Shown piece by piece: positions 1 through 9,985 of a DNA stretch of 38,591 nucleotides. The translations under genes were made by a program, and so were the position numbers. The DNA lies in the IMG/VR virus record IMGVR_UViG_3300027892_000070, positions 1 through 38,591 of that record. One strand, given 5' to 3'. Origin of the DNA: a virus. Lineage: Duplodnaviria; Caudoviricetes. Each line of letters begins with the position of its first letter. The stretch's first letter is position 1. The notes under the pieces are model-generated. The model was not told the DNA's origin. It did no database searches and was given only the letters and a program-made list of their open reading frames with translations.

Positions 1-375
1 GTCAGTATCAACGCTGATGCATTTAATTTAAGTGGATTAACAGAAATACGATTAGGTGGTGTAACACTGGGTGGAACTGGTGCTACAATTAATGAATTTT
101 CTACAGATCCAACTTTTAGCGCAAACAGCAATAACATTGTTCCAACGGAAAAAGCTATCAAAGCATTTATTGCAAGTAGAATCGGTGGGGGAGGATCAGA
201 CCTTGATGTCAACGAAATACAAGCAGGATCTATCTATTTGTCAGCACCAAATCAAATTGGCCATATTGGAGGATCATCTTATGGTCTTAACATAACATCT
301 GCTGCTAATTTTACCCGCGGAATAGTTGGTACAGCACTGTCTATGCAATATTTTATTAGAGAACATAATTTATAA
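1..375 (+). CDS. 3' end of a large virion structural/fibre protein (truncated by window start), paralog of 450..6377
   Basis: Frame 1 is open from base 1 to TAA at 373-375 (VSINADAFNLSGLTEIRLGG...INEFSTDPTFSANSNNIVPTEKAIKAFIASRIGGGGS...NFTRGIVG...HNL*). It aligns by eye with the C-terminus of the 1975-aa ORF (LNADAFNLSGLNELQLG...ISEFSTDSTFAANSDSIVPTQKAIKTYIASQIGGGGS...NFTRGITG). Not in the ORF track because it has no start codon here. Confidence 0.9.
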   Translation, partial: VSINADAFNLSGLTEIRLGGVTLGGTGATINEFSTDPTFSANSNNIVPTEKAIKAFIASRIGGGGSDLDVNEIQAGSIYLSAPNQIGHIGGSSYGLNITSAANFTRGIVGTALSMQYFIREHNL

Positions 376-414
376 GAGGATGCGTTATCACACAATATAA
401 AACTGAATCTTTGG

Positions 415-421
415 CTAAATA
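415..421 (+). promoter_or_regulatory. T4-like late promoter (CTAAATA)
   Basis: Matches the TATAAATA-type late promoter core. Lies upstream of the GGAG RBS and the ATG at 450. Confidence 0.6.
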
Positions 422-449
422 TTATCAATAGGAACGTTCGGAGTATCTA

Positions 450-3400
450 ATGGCTGAATTTAAACTTGGTAGAATAAGATTTATTTGGAAAGGTGCATGG
501 GTAACCAGCACAGTATACATCAAAGATGATGTAATACGACATGGCGGCAAGGTGTTCATTTGTCTAATAGGACATACAGCAAATGCCGATTTCTATGTAG
601 ATTTAGAAGCAGCATCACCACGCTGGAGCCAGATGAGTGACGGACAATCGTGGCAAGGAGATTGGACAAACGCACATGTTTATAAAGCAAACGATGTGGT
701 CAAATGGGGCGGATTGCTTTACATTTGTAACAACGGACACACATCTTCTACAAATTTAGAAAATAATCAAAGCGATTGGGATTTATACGCAGAAAGCTTT
801 GATTGGAAGAGCACTTGGGCTGCATCAACATACTACAAAGTCAACGACGTAGTAAAATACGGTGGATATACCTATGTTTGTGTTACTAGTCATACCAGTA
901 ATGTCAGTGCTACTTTGTTGTCCGGTGGCCTTGAAGCGGACCAAGCTAAATGGAACGTTGTTCACCCTGGCCTAGAATACAAAGGAACCTACACAGGTTC
1001 CACACGATATAAAATCAACGATGTTGTAAAATATGGTCCTGATTTATGGATTTGCACAACATTTTATTTGGCCGGCAGCAGCACATTCGCCGAAGGCAAC
1101 TGGCAATTATTTGTTGGCGGTTTAGAATTTGAAGACAGTTGGAATAGTTCAGCAGTATATCAACCAGGTGATGTAGTCACACACAGTGGTTATATTTGGG
1201 TCGCTGTTACCAACCACACCAATAGTGCTCCTACCGCAGCTAGTATCAATTGGGATTTATTTACCACAGGATTCAATTTCATAGGGGATTGGAACAGTTA
1301 CGACGACTATCTACCAGGCCACGTACTGAGACAAGGCGGATATACATATCTATGTAAAGTTGCCAACACAAATCAACAACCTCCAAATCTCACATACTGG
1401 GAAGTTTTAAACACTGGAATTAAATGGAGAGGAACGTGGAGCAACGGTTATCCTTATGTATTAGGCGACACAGTCAAATCAGGCAACGGCAGTTATATTT
1501 GTAAATTAGCACACACTGCTAGTTCTGGTGTAAACGATCCTGTAACTGACTCTGCTTTGGCCACAACAGTATACTGGGATTTATTAGTAGGCGGACCCGA
1601 AAATAATGTATTGACAACAACAGGCGACTTGGTATATTATGGTGGCGCTGGTCCAGCAAGATTACCAATTGGCAGTACCGGACAAATATTAACAGTTGTC
1701 AACGGTCTCCCAGCATGGAATACTTTTGGAGACGTTCCGGGAGTTTATTATGTTGCAACTATAGGTGAAGATGATATATTTGCTAGTTATGGAACAACAT
1801 TAGATTTACCGTTCAAATCAATACGTTATGCTCTTGGACGGATTGAAGATGGCGCAAGAAATATCTACGCTGCAAGGTTATTAGAATTTAACCGTCAATT
1901 TATACAGCGTGAAATTGTAGAATGGTCTGAAGAACAGATTCTCAACAACACTGCTCCGTTTGTTTCGGGATTGTCTTTTGACACAGTTAAGTGCGAACTC
2001 GGCATGGGACTAATTATTGACGCAGTAAAGTATGATATTACTCACGGCGGCAATACACGAACTCGAGCAGCAGCGTTGGCTTATGTAGCAACTCCTAGTA
2101 ACTTTTATAATGGCGCCCAAACAGCAGAAACTGTGGCCAGCATTGCTTATGGATTAACTGTTATATCAAAAGTGTTGTTAAATCAAGCACCTACAGTAAA
2201 CTATCAAGCACTGCAAACTGCCACTTGCACAAATACCACAACAGGGACCAATCGTGTTACAGCATCAGCAGGTACTGGCGGCACAACAAGGCTAAGAGTT
2301 GACGATGCAGTAGTGTTCACTGGCACTACATTTGGAAACATTGTTTCTGGAACAATCTATTTTGTCAATACTGTTGTTAACTCAACACAATTTACAATTA
2401 CAGCAACCAAAGGTTCTGGAACACCGTTTACATTAACCACTGCCGCCGGCACAATGACTGTGACTACTAAACAAATTGCACAGGTTATTGACACTACTTA
2501 TACAGTAGAAACTGGAATTTATACCACGGTATCTAGTTTGGTAGGTATAGTAACTGATGCAATCACAGCGGGTGTGTCTACAAACATTCCTGTAGAATTA
2601 AAAGTACAAGACACATTATTTGTAAAAACTGGCACACATAGCGAAGTATTGCCAATTGTAGTTCCCGCAAAATGCAGTGTAGTTGGAGATGAACTACGTA
2701 GTACTGTTGTCCAACCAGGCGTCAGCACTGTTCATATAACTGATGTGGCAGTTAGTTTAGCCAGTATAAACCGTATTCAAAGTATTATCAGTAACGTTGT
2801 TACAGGTGCCACGGTTACTCCAACCAGCGGCAATACCCAACCTCAACGCCAAGAATGGCCCTATGCTACCACCACCCAAGGATCACTGGCATCTGGTTTA
2901 GTTACAAATATTTACAATTATATTAATTATCATATCAACGCAGTTGGTAGTGATCCTACTTTAACTGGAACCAACACTGCTGTTACAAGTTACGACGTGT
3001 ATGCTGCTGTGAGAATATTAGAAAGAAACAAAGATTTCTTGGCATACGAAGCAACAGCATTTGCCAACTATACATACAGTTGGACTGCTAGTGCTACTAC
3101 AGCAGCCACAGATGAAATCACTGTGAGTTCCACAACAGGCATGACAGTAGACATGGCTGTGAGATTTACCGGCACCGTGTTTGGCGGCGTTGCTACAAGC
3201 ACAACTTATTATATTAAAACCATAGGTTCTGGTGTTATTACAATCAGCGCAACCCGCGGTGGTGCAACATTTGATCTCAGCACTGCCAGTGGCACAATGA
3301 CTGTTAGTTATTATTACGATCAAGACTTGTGCAGAAAAGACATTGGTTTTTACGTTGACGCAATTAAATATGATTTGATCTATACAGGTAATTACAAGTC

Positions 3401-6377
3401 ATTACGTGCAGCAAAAACATATCGCAGTGCTCAACAAGGCAGTATCACTGAAAACATGTTCTTGTTGCGCAATGCCACAACCATGCGTAATATGACTTGG
3501 TCCGGGTTGACCGGCGCATTAGGTGCAGCCAACGCTTACGGAACAAAAAGACCAACAGCTGGTGCTTATGCCAGTTTAGATCCCGGCTACGGTGTTGCAG
3601 ATACCAATGCACACATTACCAATAAATCACCATATGTTCAAAATGTCACAACGTTTGGCACTGGGTGCGTTGGTTTAAAAGTTGACGGATCATTACATAA
3701 TGCAGGCAACGATTCAATAGTGGCCAATGACTTTACTCAGGTATTAAGTGACGGCATCGGAGCTTGGGTAACCAATAATGGGCGTAGTGAACTGGTTTCA
3801 GTGTTCTCGTACTATGCACACATTGCATATCTTTCAGAAAATGGCGGGAAAGTTCGTGCTACCAACGGCAATAACTCCTACGGTGATTTTGGCTCAGTAG
3901 CAGAAGGCATTGACTCCACAGAAACTGCAATAACTGCTACAGTTAATAATAGAAACTTAGAGGCGCAAATTGCATTTACTTATACTAGCGGCGCCAGCAT
4001 TTACCGACTTGAATACAGCAACGCCGGCACAGGTTATTCTTCAGGATCTTACACTGTAGCAGGACCCGGCACCACTGCTGCTGCTACAATGGACGAATTT
4101 AGAGACAATGCTGTATATGAAGTAAGAGTAGTTGACTTAGATTCTACCAATGAGGGCGGCGCAGATTATAAAACTGTGCAAAATACAGCGCAGAATGGCA
4201 ATACAACTTCAATCACAATATCAGCCAGCGACACAGAATCTAGCCCAACATATGTTGGTATGGCCATACATATCACGTCCGGCACTGGAGTTGGTCAATG
4301 CGGATATATTCAAGCATACAATTCAGGAACTAAAATTGCTACAATTTACAAATTATCAACAGGTGCAGCCGGTTGGGATCATGTAGTTCCGGGAACTGCT
4401 ATAGCAGCATCATTAGATCTAACCACTGCTTATACTATTGAACCAAGAGTGACCTTTTCAGCACCAGGTTTCACAGCATCTCCTGCTACATTGACCACGG
4501 CTATTACTTGGTCTGCAGTGGGCTATGGCAGTGGGCGATTTATTGCAGTGTCCAGTGGTGCCACAACTACCAATGTTTCAACCAACGGTACAACATGGAT
4601 TGCTGGCGGCGCATTACCAGCCGCAGTGACCTGGACCGATGTTCGATACGGTGCAGCAGACAGCATATGGGTTGCCATAGCCAGCGGCACAGATCAAGCA
4701 GCTAGTAGTCCAGACGGCACTACTTGGACCTCTAGAACAATGTCATCCAGTGCAAACTGGACCAGTGTTGCCTACGGTGGCGGCCGCTTTATTGCAGTGG
4801 CATCAGGCGGCACTTCATCGTCATACTCAGATGATGGTGTTTCTTGGTCGGCAGGTGGAGCACTACCTAGTTCTACTACTTGGTCTAGTGTTACATACGG
4901 CAACGGATATTTTGTTGCAGTGGCCACAGGCGGACAAGTCTCAGCATATTCAACCAACGGCGCAGCTTGGACACTTGGCGGAACATTGCCAAGTTCAACA
5001 ACATGGTGTAGCGTGAGATACGGTAATGGCCGTTTTGTAGCTATTGCAGGCACAGGCGGTGCAGACACAGCAGCCGCTTACAGTTTAGATCTTGGCGCAA
5101 CTTGGACTGCTTCAACCTTACCATCTAGCACTACATGGTCTAAACTTGACTACGGCCAAGGACTGTTCTTTGCAGTGGCCAACGGCGGCACCGCAGCAGC
5201 CAGCAGTCCTGATGGAGTCAACTGGACCGCAAGAACATTGGCCACCAGCACCAACTGGACCGACACAGCATTTGGCAGTATCGGCAGTGTTCCAAAGTGG
5301 GTGGCAGTGGCCAGCAGTACCACTGCTGCACATGCAATTGAGTTAGGCGCAACCACAATAGGTCGTGCAGTGGTATCATCAGGACAAGTTGCACAGATTA
5401 AGATCATAGAACCGGGCAGTGGCTATGCGTCAGCGCCCACTATCACTATCACAGATCCCAACAACACTGTGGAAGCCACATTTGAAGTTAGAACCGGTAA
5501 CGGAGCATTAGCTAACCCTAGTTTTACTAACAGAGGAACTGGATATGTCACGGCTACCACCACTGCAACAGGCAACGGCTATGCAGACATTTATCAAACT
5601 GGCTCGGGCATATATGTTAATAATCTTACATCCATACCTACAAACGGCAGTAATGTGCAGTTTGCCGGCATTGACGGTGTTTGGTATAAACTTGTTAACT
5701 TAACAGAGCAAGCAGGTACTGCTGGTAACTACAGTGCAAGATTACAAGTCAGTCCACTGATTGGCATTGCAGAATCACCGGCACATAGCACAGCAATTAC
5801 AATGAGAATTAGATTTAGTCAGATTCGATTAACGGGACATGATTTCTTAGATATTGGCACCGGAAACTTTGCCAGCACTAACTATCCAAACACACCTGCA
5901 ATAGATCCAATTCCTGCCAACGAAACAGTCGACTCAGCAGGCGGCCGTGTATTCTATACATCTACGGACCAAGACGGTAATTTCCGAGTAGGTGAGTTAT
6001 TCCAAGTAGAACAGGCCACAGGAACTGCAACGTTGAATGCTGATGCATTTAATTTAAGTGGACTGAATGAGTTACAACTTGGAGCAGTTTCTTTAGGAAG
6101 CAGCAACACTGCAATCAGTGAATTTTCCACAGATTCTACATTTGCAGCCAACAGCGATTCAATAGTGCCAACTCAAAAGGCCATTAAGACATATATAGCT
6201 AGTCAAATTGGTGGCGGCGGTAGTTCAATTGTTGCAAACTCTTTAACAGTGGGCAACACTAGTCTAGTAGGCACGTCAATTTCAGCAGTCACGGGAGCAG
6301 TTAATTTTACATCTAATATTAACTTTACTCGTGGGATAACTGGAACTCTTTTAGCGTTAAACTATTATCTACAATAA
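450..6377 (+). CDS. Giant modular virion protein (tail fibre/spike-like): N-terminal W-rich carbohydrate-binding-like repeats, probable beta-helix region, Asp-box/BNR-like propeller
   Basis: 1975-aa ORF with GGAG RBS. Seven WxxxWxxxxxYxxxDVVxxGGxxYxCxxxHT repeats, seven WxxVxYGxGxFxAVxxG...SxDGxxW repeats, Thr/Gly/Ala-rich composition, structural-gene context. Confidence 0.85.
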   Translation: MAEFKLGRIRFIWKGAWVTSTVYIKDDVIRHGGKVFICLIGHTANADFYVDLEAASPRWSQMSDGQSWQGDWTNAHVYKANDVVKWGGLLYICNNGHTSSTNLENNQSDWDLYAESFDWKSTWAASTYYKVNDVVKYGGYTYVCVTSHTSNVSATLLSGGLEADQAKWNVVHPGLEYKGTYTGSTRYKINDVVKYGPDLWICTTFYLAGSSTFAEGNWQLFVGGLEFEDSWNSSAVYQPGDVVTHSGYIWVAVTNHTNSAPTAASINWDLFTTGFNFIGDWNSYDDYLPGHVLRQGGYTYLCKVANTNQQPPNLTYWEVLNTGIKWRGTWSNGYPYVLGDTVKSGNGSYICKLAHTASSGVNDPVTDSALATTVYWDLLVGGPENNVLTTTGDLVYYGGAGPARLPIGSTGQILTVVNGLPAWNTFGDVPGVYYVATIGEDDIFASYGTTLDLPFKSIRYALGRIEDGARNIYAARLLEFNRQFIQREIVEWSEEQILNNTAPFVSGLSFDTVKCELGMGLIIDAVKYDITHGGNTRTRAAALAYVATPSNFYNGAQTAETVASIAYGLTVISKVLLNQAPTVNYQALQTATCTNTTTGTNRVTASAGTGGTTRLRVDDAVVFTGTTFGNIVSGTIYFVNTVVNSTQFTITATKGSGTPFTLTTAAGTMTVTTKQIAQVIDTTYTVETGIYTTVSSLVGIVTDAITAGVSTNIPVELKVQDTLFVKTGTHSEVLPIVVPAKCSVVGDELRSTVVQPGVSTVHITDVAVSLASINRIQSIISNVVTGATVTPTSGNTQPQRQEWPYATTTQGSLASGLVTNIYNYINYHINAVGSDPTLTGTNTAVTSYDVYAAVRILERNKDFLAYEATAFANYTYSWTASATTAATDEITVSSTTGMTVDMAVRFTGTVFGGVATSTTYYIKTIGSGVITISATRGGATFDLSTASGTMTVSYYYDQDLCRKDIGFYVDAIKYDLIYTGNYKSLRAAKTYRSAQQGSITENMFLLRNATTMRNMTWSGLTGALGAANAYGTKRPTAGAYASLDPGYGVADTNAHITNKSPYVQNVTTFGTGCVGLKVDGSLHNAGNDSIVANDFTQVLSDGIGAWVTNNGRSELVSVFSYYAHIAYLSENGGKVRATNGNNSYGDFGSVAEGIDSTETAITATVNNRNLEAQIAFTYTSGASIYRLEYSNAGTGYSSGSYTVAGPGTTAAATMDEFRDNAVYEVRVVDLDSTNEGGADYKTVQNTAQNGNTTSITISASDTESSPTYVGMAIHITSGTGVGQCGYIQAYNSGTKIATIYKLSTGAAGWDHVVPGTAIAASLDLTTAYTIEPRVTFSAPGFTASPATLTTAITWSAVGYGSGRFIAVSSGATTTNVSTNGTTWIAGGALPAAVTWTDVRYGAADSIWVAIASGTDQAASSPDGTTWTSRTMSSSANWTSVAYGGGRFIAVASGGTSSSYSDDGVSWSAGGALPSSTTWSSVTYGNGYFVAVATGGQVSAYSTNGAAWTLGGTLPSSTTWCSVRYGNGRFVAIAGTGGADTAAAYSLDLGATWTASTLPSSTTWSKLDYGQGLFFAVANGGTAAASSPDGVNWTARTLATSTNWTDTAFGSIGSVPKWVAVASSTTAAHAIELGATTIGRAVVSSGQVAQIKIIEPGSGYASAPTITITDPNNTVEATFEVRTGNGALANPSFTNRGTGYVTATTTATGNGYADIYQTGSGIYVNNLTSIPTNGSNVQFAGIDGVWYKLVNLTEQAGTAGNYSARLQVSPLIGIAESPAHSTAITMRIRFSQIRLTGHDFLDIGTGNFASTNYPNTPAIDPIPANETVDSAGGRVFYTSTDQDGNFRVGELFQVEQATGTATLNADAFNLSGLNELQLGAVSLGSSNTAISEFSTDSTFAANSDSIVPTQKAIKTYIASQIGGGGSSIVANSLTVGNTSLVGTSISAVTGAVNFTSNINFTRGITGTLLALNYYLQ
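486..1520 (+). repeat. Seven ~50-aa W-rich repeats (CBM5/12, ChtBD3-like) in the 1975-aa protein
   Basis: For example WKGAWVTSTVYIKDDVIRHGGKVFICLIGHT, WQGDWTNAHVYKANDVVKWGGLLYICNNGHT, WKSTWAASTYYKVNDVVKYGGYTYVCVTSHT. The family label is by resemblance. Confidence 0.75.
4509..5345 (+). repeat. Seven ~40-aa Asp-box/BNR-like repeats (probable 7-bladed beta-propeller)
   Basis: WSAVGYGSGRFIAV..STNGTTW, WTSVAYGGGRFIAV..SDDGVSW, WSSVTYGNGYFVAV..STNGAAW, WSKLDYGQGLFFAV..SPDGVNW and others. Confidence 0.75.
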
Positions 6378-6380
6378 ATA
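6374..6380 (+). promoter_or_regulatory. T4-like late promoter (ATAAATA)
   Basis: Overlaps the stop codon of 450..6377; followed by GGAG RBS and ATG 6401. Confidence 0.6.
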
Positions 6381-6400
6381 AATAGAATGGAGAAATAAAC

Positions 6401-6739
6401 ATGGCAACAGGAAGATTAGGAATCGCTGATTTAGCAGCAACAGCATACACAAATGTATATATTTGCCCAGCAAGCACGTTTGCAGTAGCATCGATTTCGA
6501 TATGCAATAGAAATGCAACGGCTGTGACAGTAAGACTGGCATTGACAACTACTTCGGCAGCAGGTAACACTGCTCCTGCTGACAATGCATTTTTAGAATA
6601 CGGAGTCACAATACCAGCCAACTCAGTGCTGGAACGCACAGGTCTTGTGATAGATGCCACTAATAAATATCTAGTAGTATACTCTAGCAACACCAGTGTC
6701 ACTGCTGTGGTGTATGGTATTGAAACCAGCACAACTTAA
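6401..6739 (+). CDS. Small beta-rich phage structural protein
   Basis: 112-aa ORF with GGAG RBS, beta-strand-like composition, located between fibre genes. Confidence 0.8.
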   Translation: MATGRLGIADLAATAYTNVYICPASTFAVASISICNRNATAVTVRLALTTTSAAGNTAPADNAFLEYGVTIPANSVLERTGLVIDATNKYLVVYSSNTSVTAVVYGIETSTT

Positions 6740-6750
6740 GGAATAATGAC

Positions 6751-8340
6751 ATGGGACGTTTTGTACCAATTTCGTTTACTACAAATGTTGCTGAAAAATC
6801 AGCCCCAGTAGTTCCAGGAGCCAGGTCTTATTACGACGGCAAACAATGTTGGCAGTATAAAATCGTATATGATCGTCCAGGCACATATACCTACACTTTG
6901 CCTACTACTGCAATCTGTGCTAGAACTGTGCTGGTTGGCGGTGGCGGCAAACCCAAGTGTATTGCTGGCGGCAGCCAAGGCTGCTGTTCAACCGCAGGAT
7001 CAGGCGGCGCCTACAGTGAAAAAGCTATGGCAGTGACAGGCGGGTCAACAGTATTGACTCTGGTAGTTGGCCGTCAAGAACAAGACACCACACTGGCTTG
7101 TAACGGTGTGGCTGTTCACACAGCAGGCGGCGCAGCTGGATGTTGCGTTGGAGCAGCATCCGGCGGTGATTGGAACAGCAACGGCGGCCTCACTGGCGGC
7201 AATTGTTTCTCCAGCGACGGTAGCTACCAATGTCAATATCAATGTTACGCTACTTGCTGCGGTTACTGCATAGTTTATATATGTAATCCAAGCGGAACTT
7301 GCGCCGGAGTCACGCCTGGTTTTGTGGGCGGTGCTTCAGCAGGATCTCCAAAAAATATCACAGGCGGGTGGTCCAGTTGTGTGTGCAGTTACCTACATGC
7401 TACCAGCACTGGCGGCGGCGCCGGCATAGGTGATGTGTGCTGTATACCAGTGTGGCATTATCCATGTTGCGATTGTATATGCACAGTGTGGTTCTGTTGC
7501 GAACCCACAAAACCCTGTTACAATTATCCTACCAGCAATCAAGGCGGCGGCGGCAGTGCATCTCGCTGTAATTACGCATGTCGCAGCACTATGCAGTCTT
7601 GCATATTTGGCTTTTGGAAATCAGGCGAAGGCGGCCCGGGTGGCCCTGACCCAGACAGCGCCAATGGTTTTGAGTTTGAATGGGGCTATCAAGGCAACTG
7701 CAATTATCCATTTGGTATTCGTTGCAAAGGTGAAGTGATGCACGCTAGATGTGCAGATGCAGCACCAGTCCGTCTGTGTGTGTTAAATTGCGAACAGTGG
7801 GACATACAGAATATCTGCGGCACAGGTTCACCGGGTTCAGGATTGCTGGCCTGCATGAGTTGCTACCCCCATCAATACAACATAACTCCTCGACCAAGAA
7901 ATTCAGGAGAAGGTGCAGGCACCGGCGGTTTCTCAATGTATAGATGCGGCCCCGATGCTATGAATTACATGGGCATTGGCCATGTATCAAGTTATGGCTT
8001 TGACATGATGAATTGGTGCAAGATTTGTCATTTAGGACTAACCGGACAGTGTGATCAAGCATGGCTCATGCCAGACGGATTATTCCCACAATTCATCACA
8101 TGTGCCGGCACACTGGGCGGATCAGGCGGTGTTGGCATTTGCGGTTATACTTCAAAAGCAGGCAAAGGCGGCGGCGGTGGCCAAGCCAAGAGTCAAGTTT
8201 TGTGCATATGTCACGGTGGTGCCTATAATTGTTGTAACCAAGTTGCAAGCACTCCACTGGCATTCCCACCCTGCTTGTTAGATCAACTGGTTAGCAATGC
8301 CGGAACTGGCATGGCAATTATATATTACAGGGAAGCATAA
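6751..8340 (+). CDS. Cys/Gly-rich virion protein, paralog 1 (glycine-rich tail-fibre-like domain)
   Basis: 529 aa, AGGA RBS. PGTYTYTLP...VLVGGGG..GSGGAYSE N-terminal motif and AGTGMAIIYY C-terminal motif resemble phage glycine-rich fibre domains. About 49 Cys by hand count. Confidence 0.8.
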   Translation: MGRFVPISFTTNVAEKSAPVVPGARSYYDGKQCWQYKIVYDRPGTYTYTLPTTAICARTVLVGGGGKPKCIAGGSQGCCSTAGSGGAYSEKAMAVTGGSTVLTLVVGRQEQDTTLACNGVAVHTAGGAAGCCVGAASGGDWNSNGGLTGGNCFSSDGSYQCQYQCYATCCGYCIVYICNPSGTCAGVTPGFVGGASAGSPKNITGGWSSCVCSYLHATSTGGGAGIGDVCCIPVWHYPCCDCICTVWFCCEPTKPCYNYPTSNQGGGGSASRCNYACRSTMQSCIFGFWKSGEGGPGGPDPDSANGFEFEWGYQGNCNYPFGIRCKGEVMHARCADAAPVRLCVLNCEQWDIQNICGTGSPGSGLLACMSCYPHQYNITPRPRNSGEGAGTGGFSMYRCGPDAMNYMGIGHVSSYGFDMMNWCKICHLGLTGQCDQAWLMPDGLFPQFITCAGTLGGSGGVGICGYTSKAGKGGGGGQAKSQVLCICHGGAYNCCNQVASTPLAFPPCLLDQLVSNAGTGMAIIYYREA

Positions 8341-8341
8341 G

Positions 8342-9964
8342 ATGGGACGTTATATAAGTTCGGGGTCAGCACAGGCGGCAACTTGCGCCACCATTGTTAA
8401 TTCAAGTTGTTATCAAGTTAATTGTCAAAAATATGCCTATGACGGCAATTCATGTTGGCAAAATCGTGTGATCATCGACACTCCGGGTTCGTACACGTTT
8501 ACAGTGCCCGCAGGCGTAACATGCATTCGAACCATTGCAGTGGGCGGTGGTGGCAAAGCCAGTTTTGCAGCTAGCGCCTCCACTAATTATGGTGGAGCTG
8601 GCGGTGGCTATGTGGAATCATATAACACTATTGCCGCAGGTTGTGTAGTTACCGTGGTAGTTGGTCGACAATCACAAGATACTACTATTTCATACGTGTG
8701 TTCAGGTGGTGGCACTAGAACACTCACAGCAGGCGGTGGCGTTTGTTGTAATCCAGGTGCTGCCAGCGGTGGTGATTGGAACAGTTGTGGAGGCTGCAGC
8801 GGCTGCACCTATACCAATGGCACTTATTGCGGAGTTGGCAACTGTTTTACAACTACCACATGTTGTGGCTACTGTTTAGTGTATTATGGTTACGGTATCA
8901 CATACAGTCCTGACAACTCACCCGGCTGTTGTAGCGGCCATCCAGCTGGCGGCGGTTCAGCAGGATCGTGGATATGGCCATGCGGCGGCCAGGGTGGTGG
9001 GACCCAAATGGAGGATCAGATCGTAGGCGGCGGCTACGGCCCTGTAGCAGGCGGTGGCGGCGGTATTGGATATATTTGCAAAATCAATATCATGGCCAAT
9101 CCCTGTGATTGTGTCTGTAACATTAACCGGTGCAACGCAGGCTATCCCGGCGGTCAAAAAATGACCTACATGGGCTCTACCAGCGGTGGTGGTGGCACAA
9201 AATTACAGTGTTGTGACAATCCTCTCAGCAGGTTAATGTCTTTTAGTGGAATGTGCGTTGCTGGCCAATACCGTGGCGGCCCAGGTGGCTGGGGCGGCTA
9301 TGACAATGATGAAGGCCGTGAAGAAAGATATTATTGGTTTAATCAACAGTGTTTCGGCACTATGAATTTTTCCATCCGACATGGCCCAACTCCCAAGCGT
9401 TACGCATGGCATGATATACACAGCATGTGTGGTAGTGGCAGTAAGGGTGACAGTTTTTCAGACTACGCATGTTATCGTTCGTGCAGTGATTGGAATCAAG
9501 GTCCGCGTCTGTCAGGTAACTCATGGCACAATGCTGGAGAAGGCGCAGGCACTGGTGGCATCGCGTATTTCTGTTGCGAACCAACTAGCCTAACCATACC
9601 AAACTGTATGGGTGGTGCGTCTTGTAATCCAGGCATAAATTTTAATTTGTTATGCTGTTTAGGACAATGCAACAGAATCTGTTGTGCAGATAGAATGCAA
9701 GATCAACTGTTTCCCTACATTACTCATTGTGCAGGTACACTGGGTGGTGCCGGCGGCGTTGACATCATGTGGCATGCCAGCCGTGCTGGCAAAGGCGGCG
9801 GCGCAGGCATGGCAAGATGTTACTTGCTGTGTGTATGTTGGGGCGGAAGTTACGACTGCTACAACGGAAGTGGAGCAGTATTACCATTCCCACCCTGCAA
9901 GTTAGACCAACTGGCCAGCACTGCTGGCACAGGCATGGCGCTTATATATTGGAAAAATCCATAA
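8342..9964 (+). CDS. Cys/Gly-rich virion protein, paralog 2
   Basis: Start taken at ATG 8342 (MGRYISS, matching MGRFVPI of paralog 1), 1 nt after the upstream TAA; 540 aa. Collinear with paralog 1 (VVGRQxQDTT, GAASGGDWNS, TCCGYC, GEGAGTGG, CAGTLGG, FPPCxLDQL, AGTGMAxIY). About 47 Cys. Confidence 0.85.
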   Translation: MGRYISSGSAQAATCATIVNSSCYQVNCQKYAYDGNSCWQNRVIIDTPGSYTFTVPAGVTCIRTIAVGGGGKASFAASASTNYGGAGGGYVESYNTIAAGCVVTVVVGRQSQDTTISYVCSGGGTRTLTAGGGVCCNPGAASGGDWNSCGGCSGCTYTNGTYCGVGNCFTTTTCCGYCLVYYGYGITYSPDNSPGCCSGHPAGGGSAGSWIWPCGGQGGGTQMEDQIVGGGYGPVAGGGGGIGYICKINIMANPCDCVCNINRCNAGYPGGQKMTYMGSTSGGGGTKLQCCDNPLSRLMSFSGMCVAGQYRGGPGGWGGYDNDEGREERYYWFNQQCFGTMNFSIRHGPTPKRYAWHDIHSMCGSGSKGDSFSDYACYRSCSDWNQGPRLSGNSWHNAGEGAGTGGIAYFCCEPTSLTIPNCMGGASCNPGINFNLLCCLGQCNRICCADRMQDQLFPYITHCAGTLGGAGGVDIMWHASRAGKGGGAGMARCYLLCVCWGGSYDCYNGSGAVLPFPPCKLDQLASTAGTGMALIYWKNP

Positions 9965-9985
9965 ATTGATAATCAGGAGAATTAA

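Noticed and set aside
71-295. 74-aa ORF in the track
   Set aside because: Out-of-frame shadow of the real frame-1 gene (1..375), which is homologous to the 1975-aa protein C-terminus.
2519-6151. Many short alternative-frame and antisense ORFs inside the large genes (also within 7045-9969, 25567-26580, 27718-31863, 34131-37118)
   Set aside because: Fully nested in well-supported long CDSs with no motifs or RBS; expected by-products of Thr/Ala/Gly-biased codons.
8297-8341. Extended N-termini in the ORF track (8297; also 15202, 17183, 18111, 26856, 32028)
   Set aside because: These overlap upstream genes or promoters. Downstream ATGs (8342, 15160, 17225, 18162, 26991, 32040) have better RBS, coupling or homology support.
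6751-9964. Diversity-generating retroelement (template/variable repeat pair) behind the two paralogs
   Set aside because: No reverse transcriptase in the window, and the paralogs differ throughout at all base types rather than only at adenines.
6751-9964. Cys excess caused by codon reassignment or selenocysteine
   Set aside because: Cys is encoded by ordinary TGT/TGC, there are no in-frame TGA codons, and catalytic or Zn-binding Cys elsewhere (GICHG, CxxC) read normally under the standard code.
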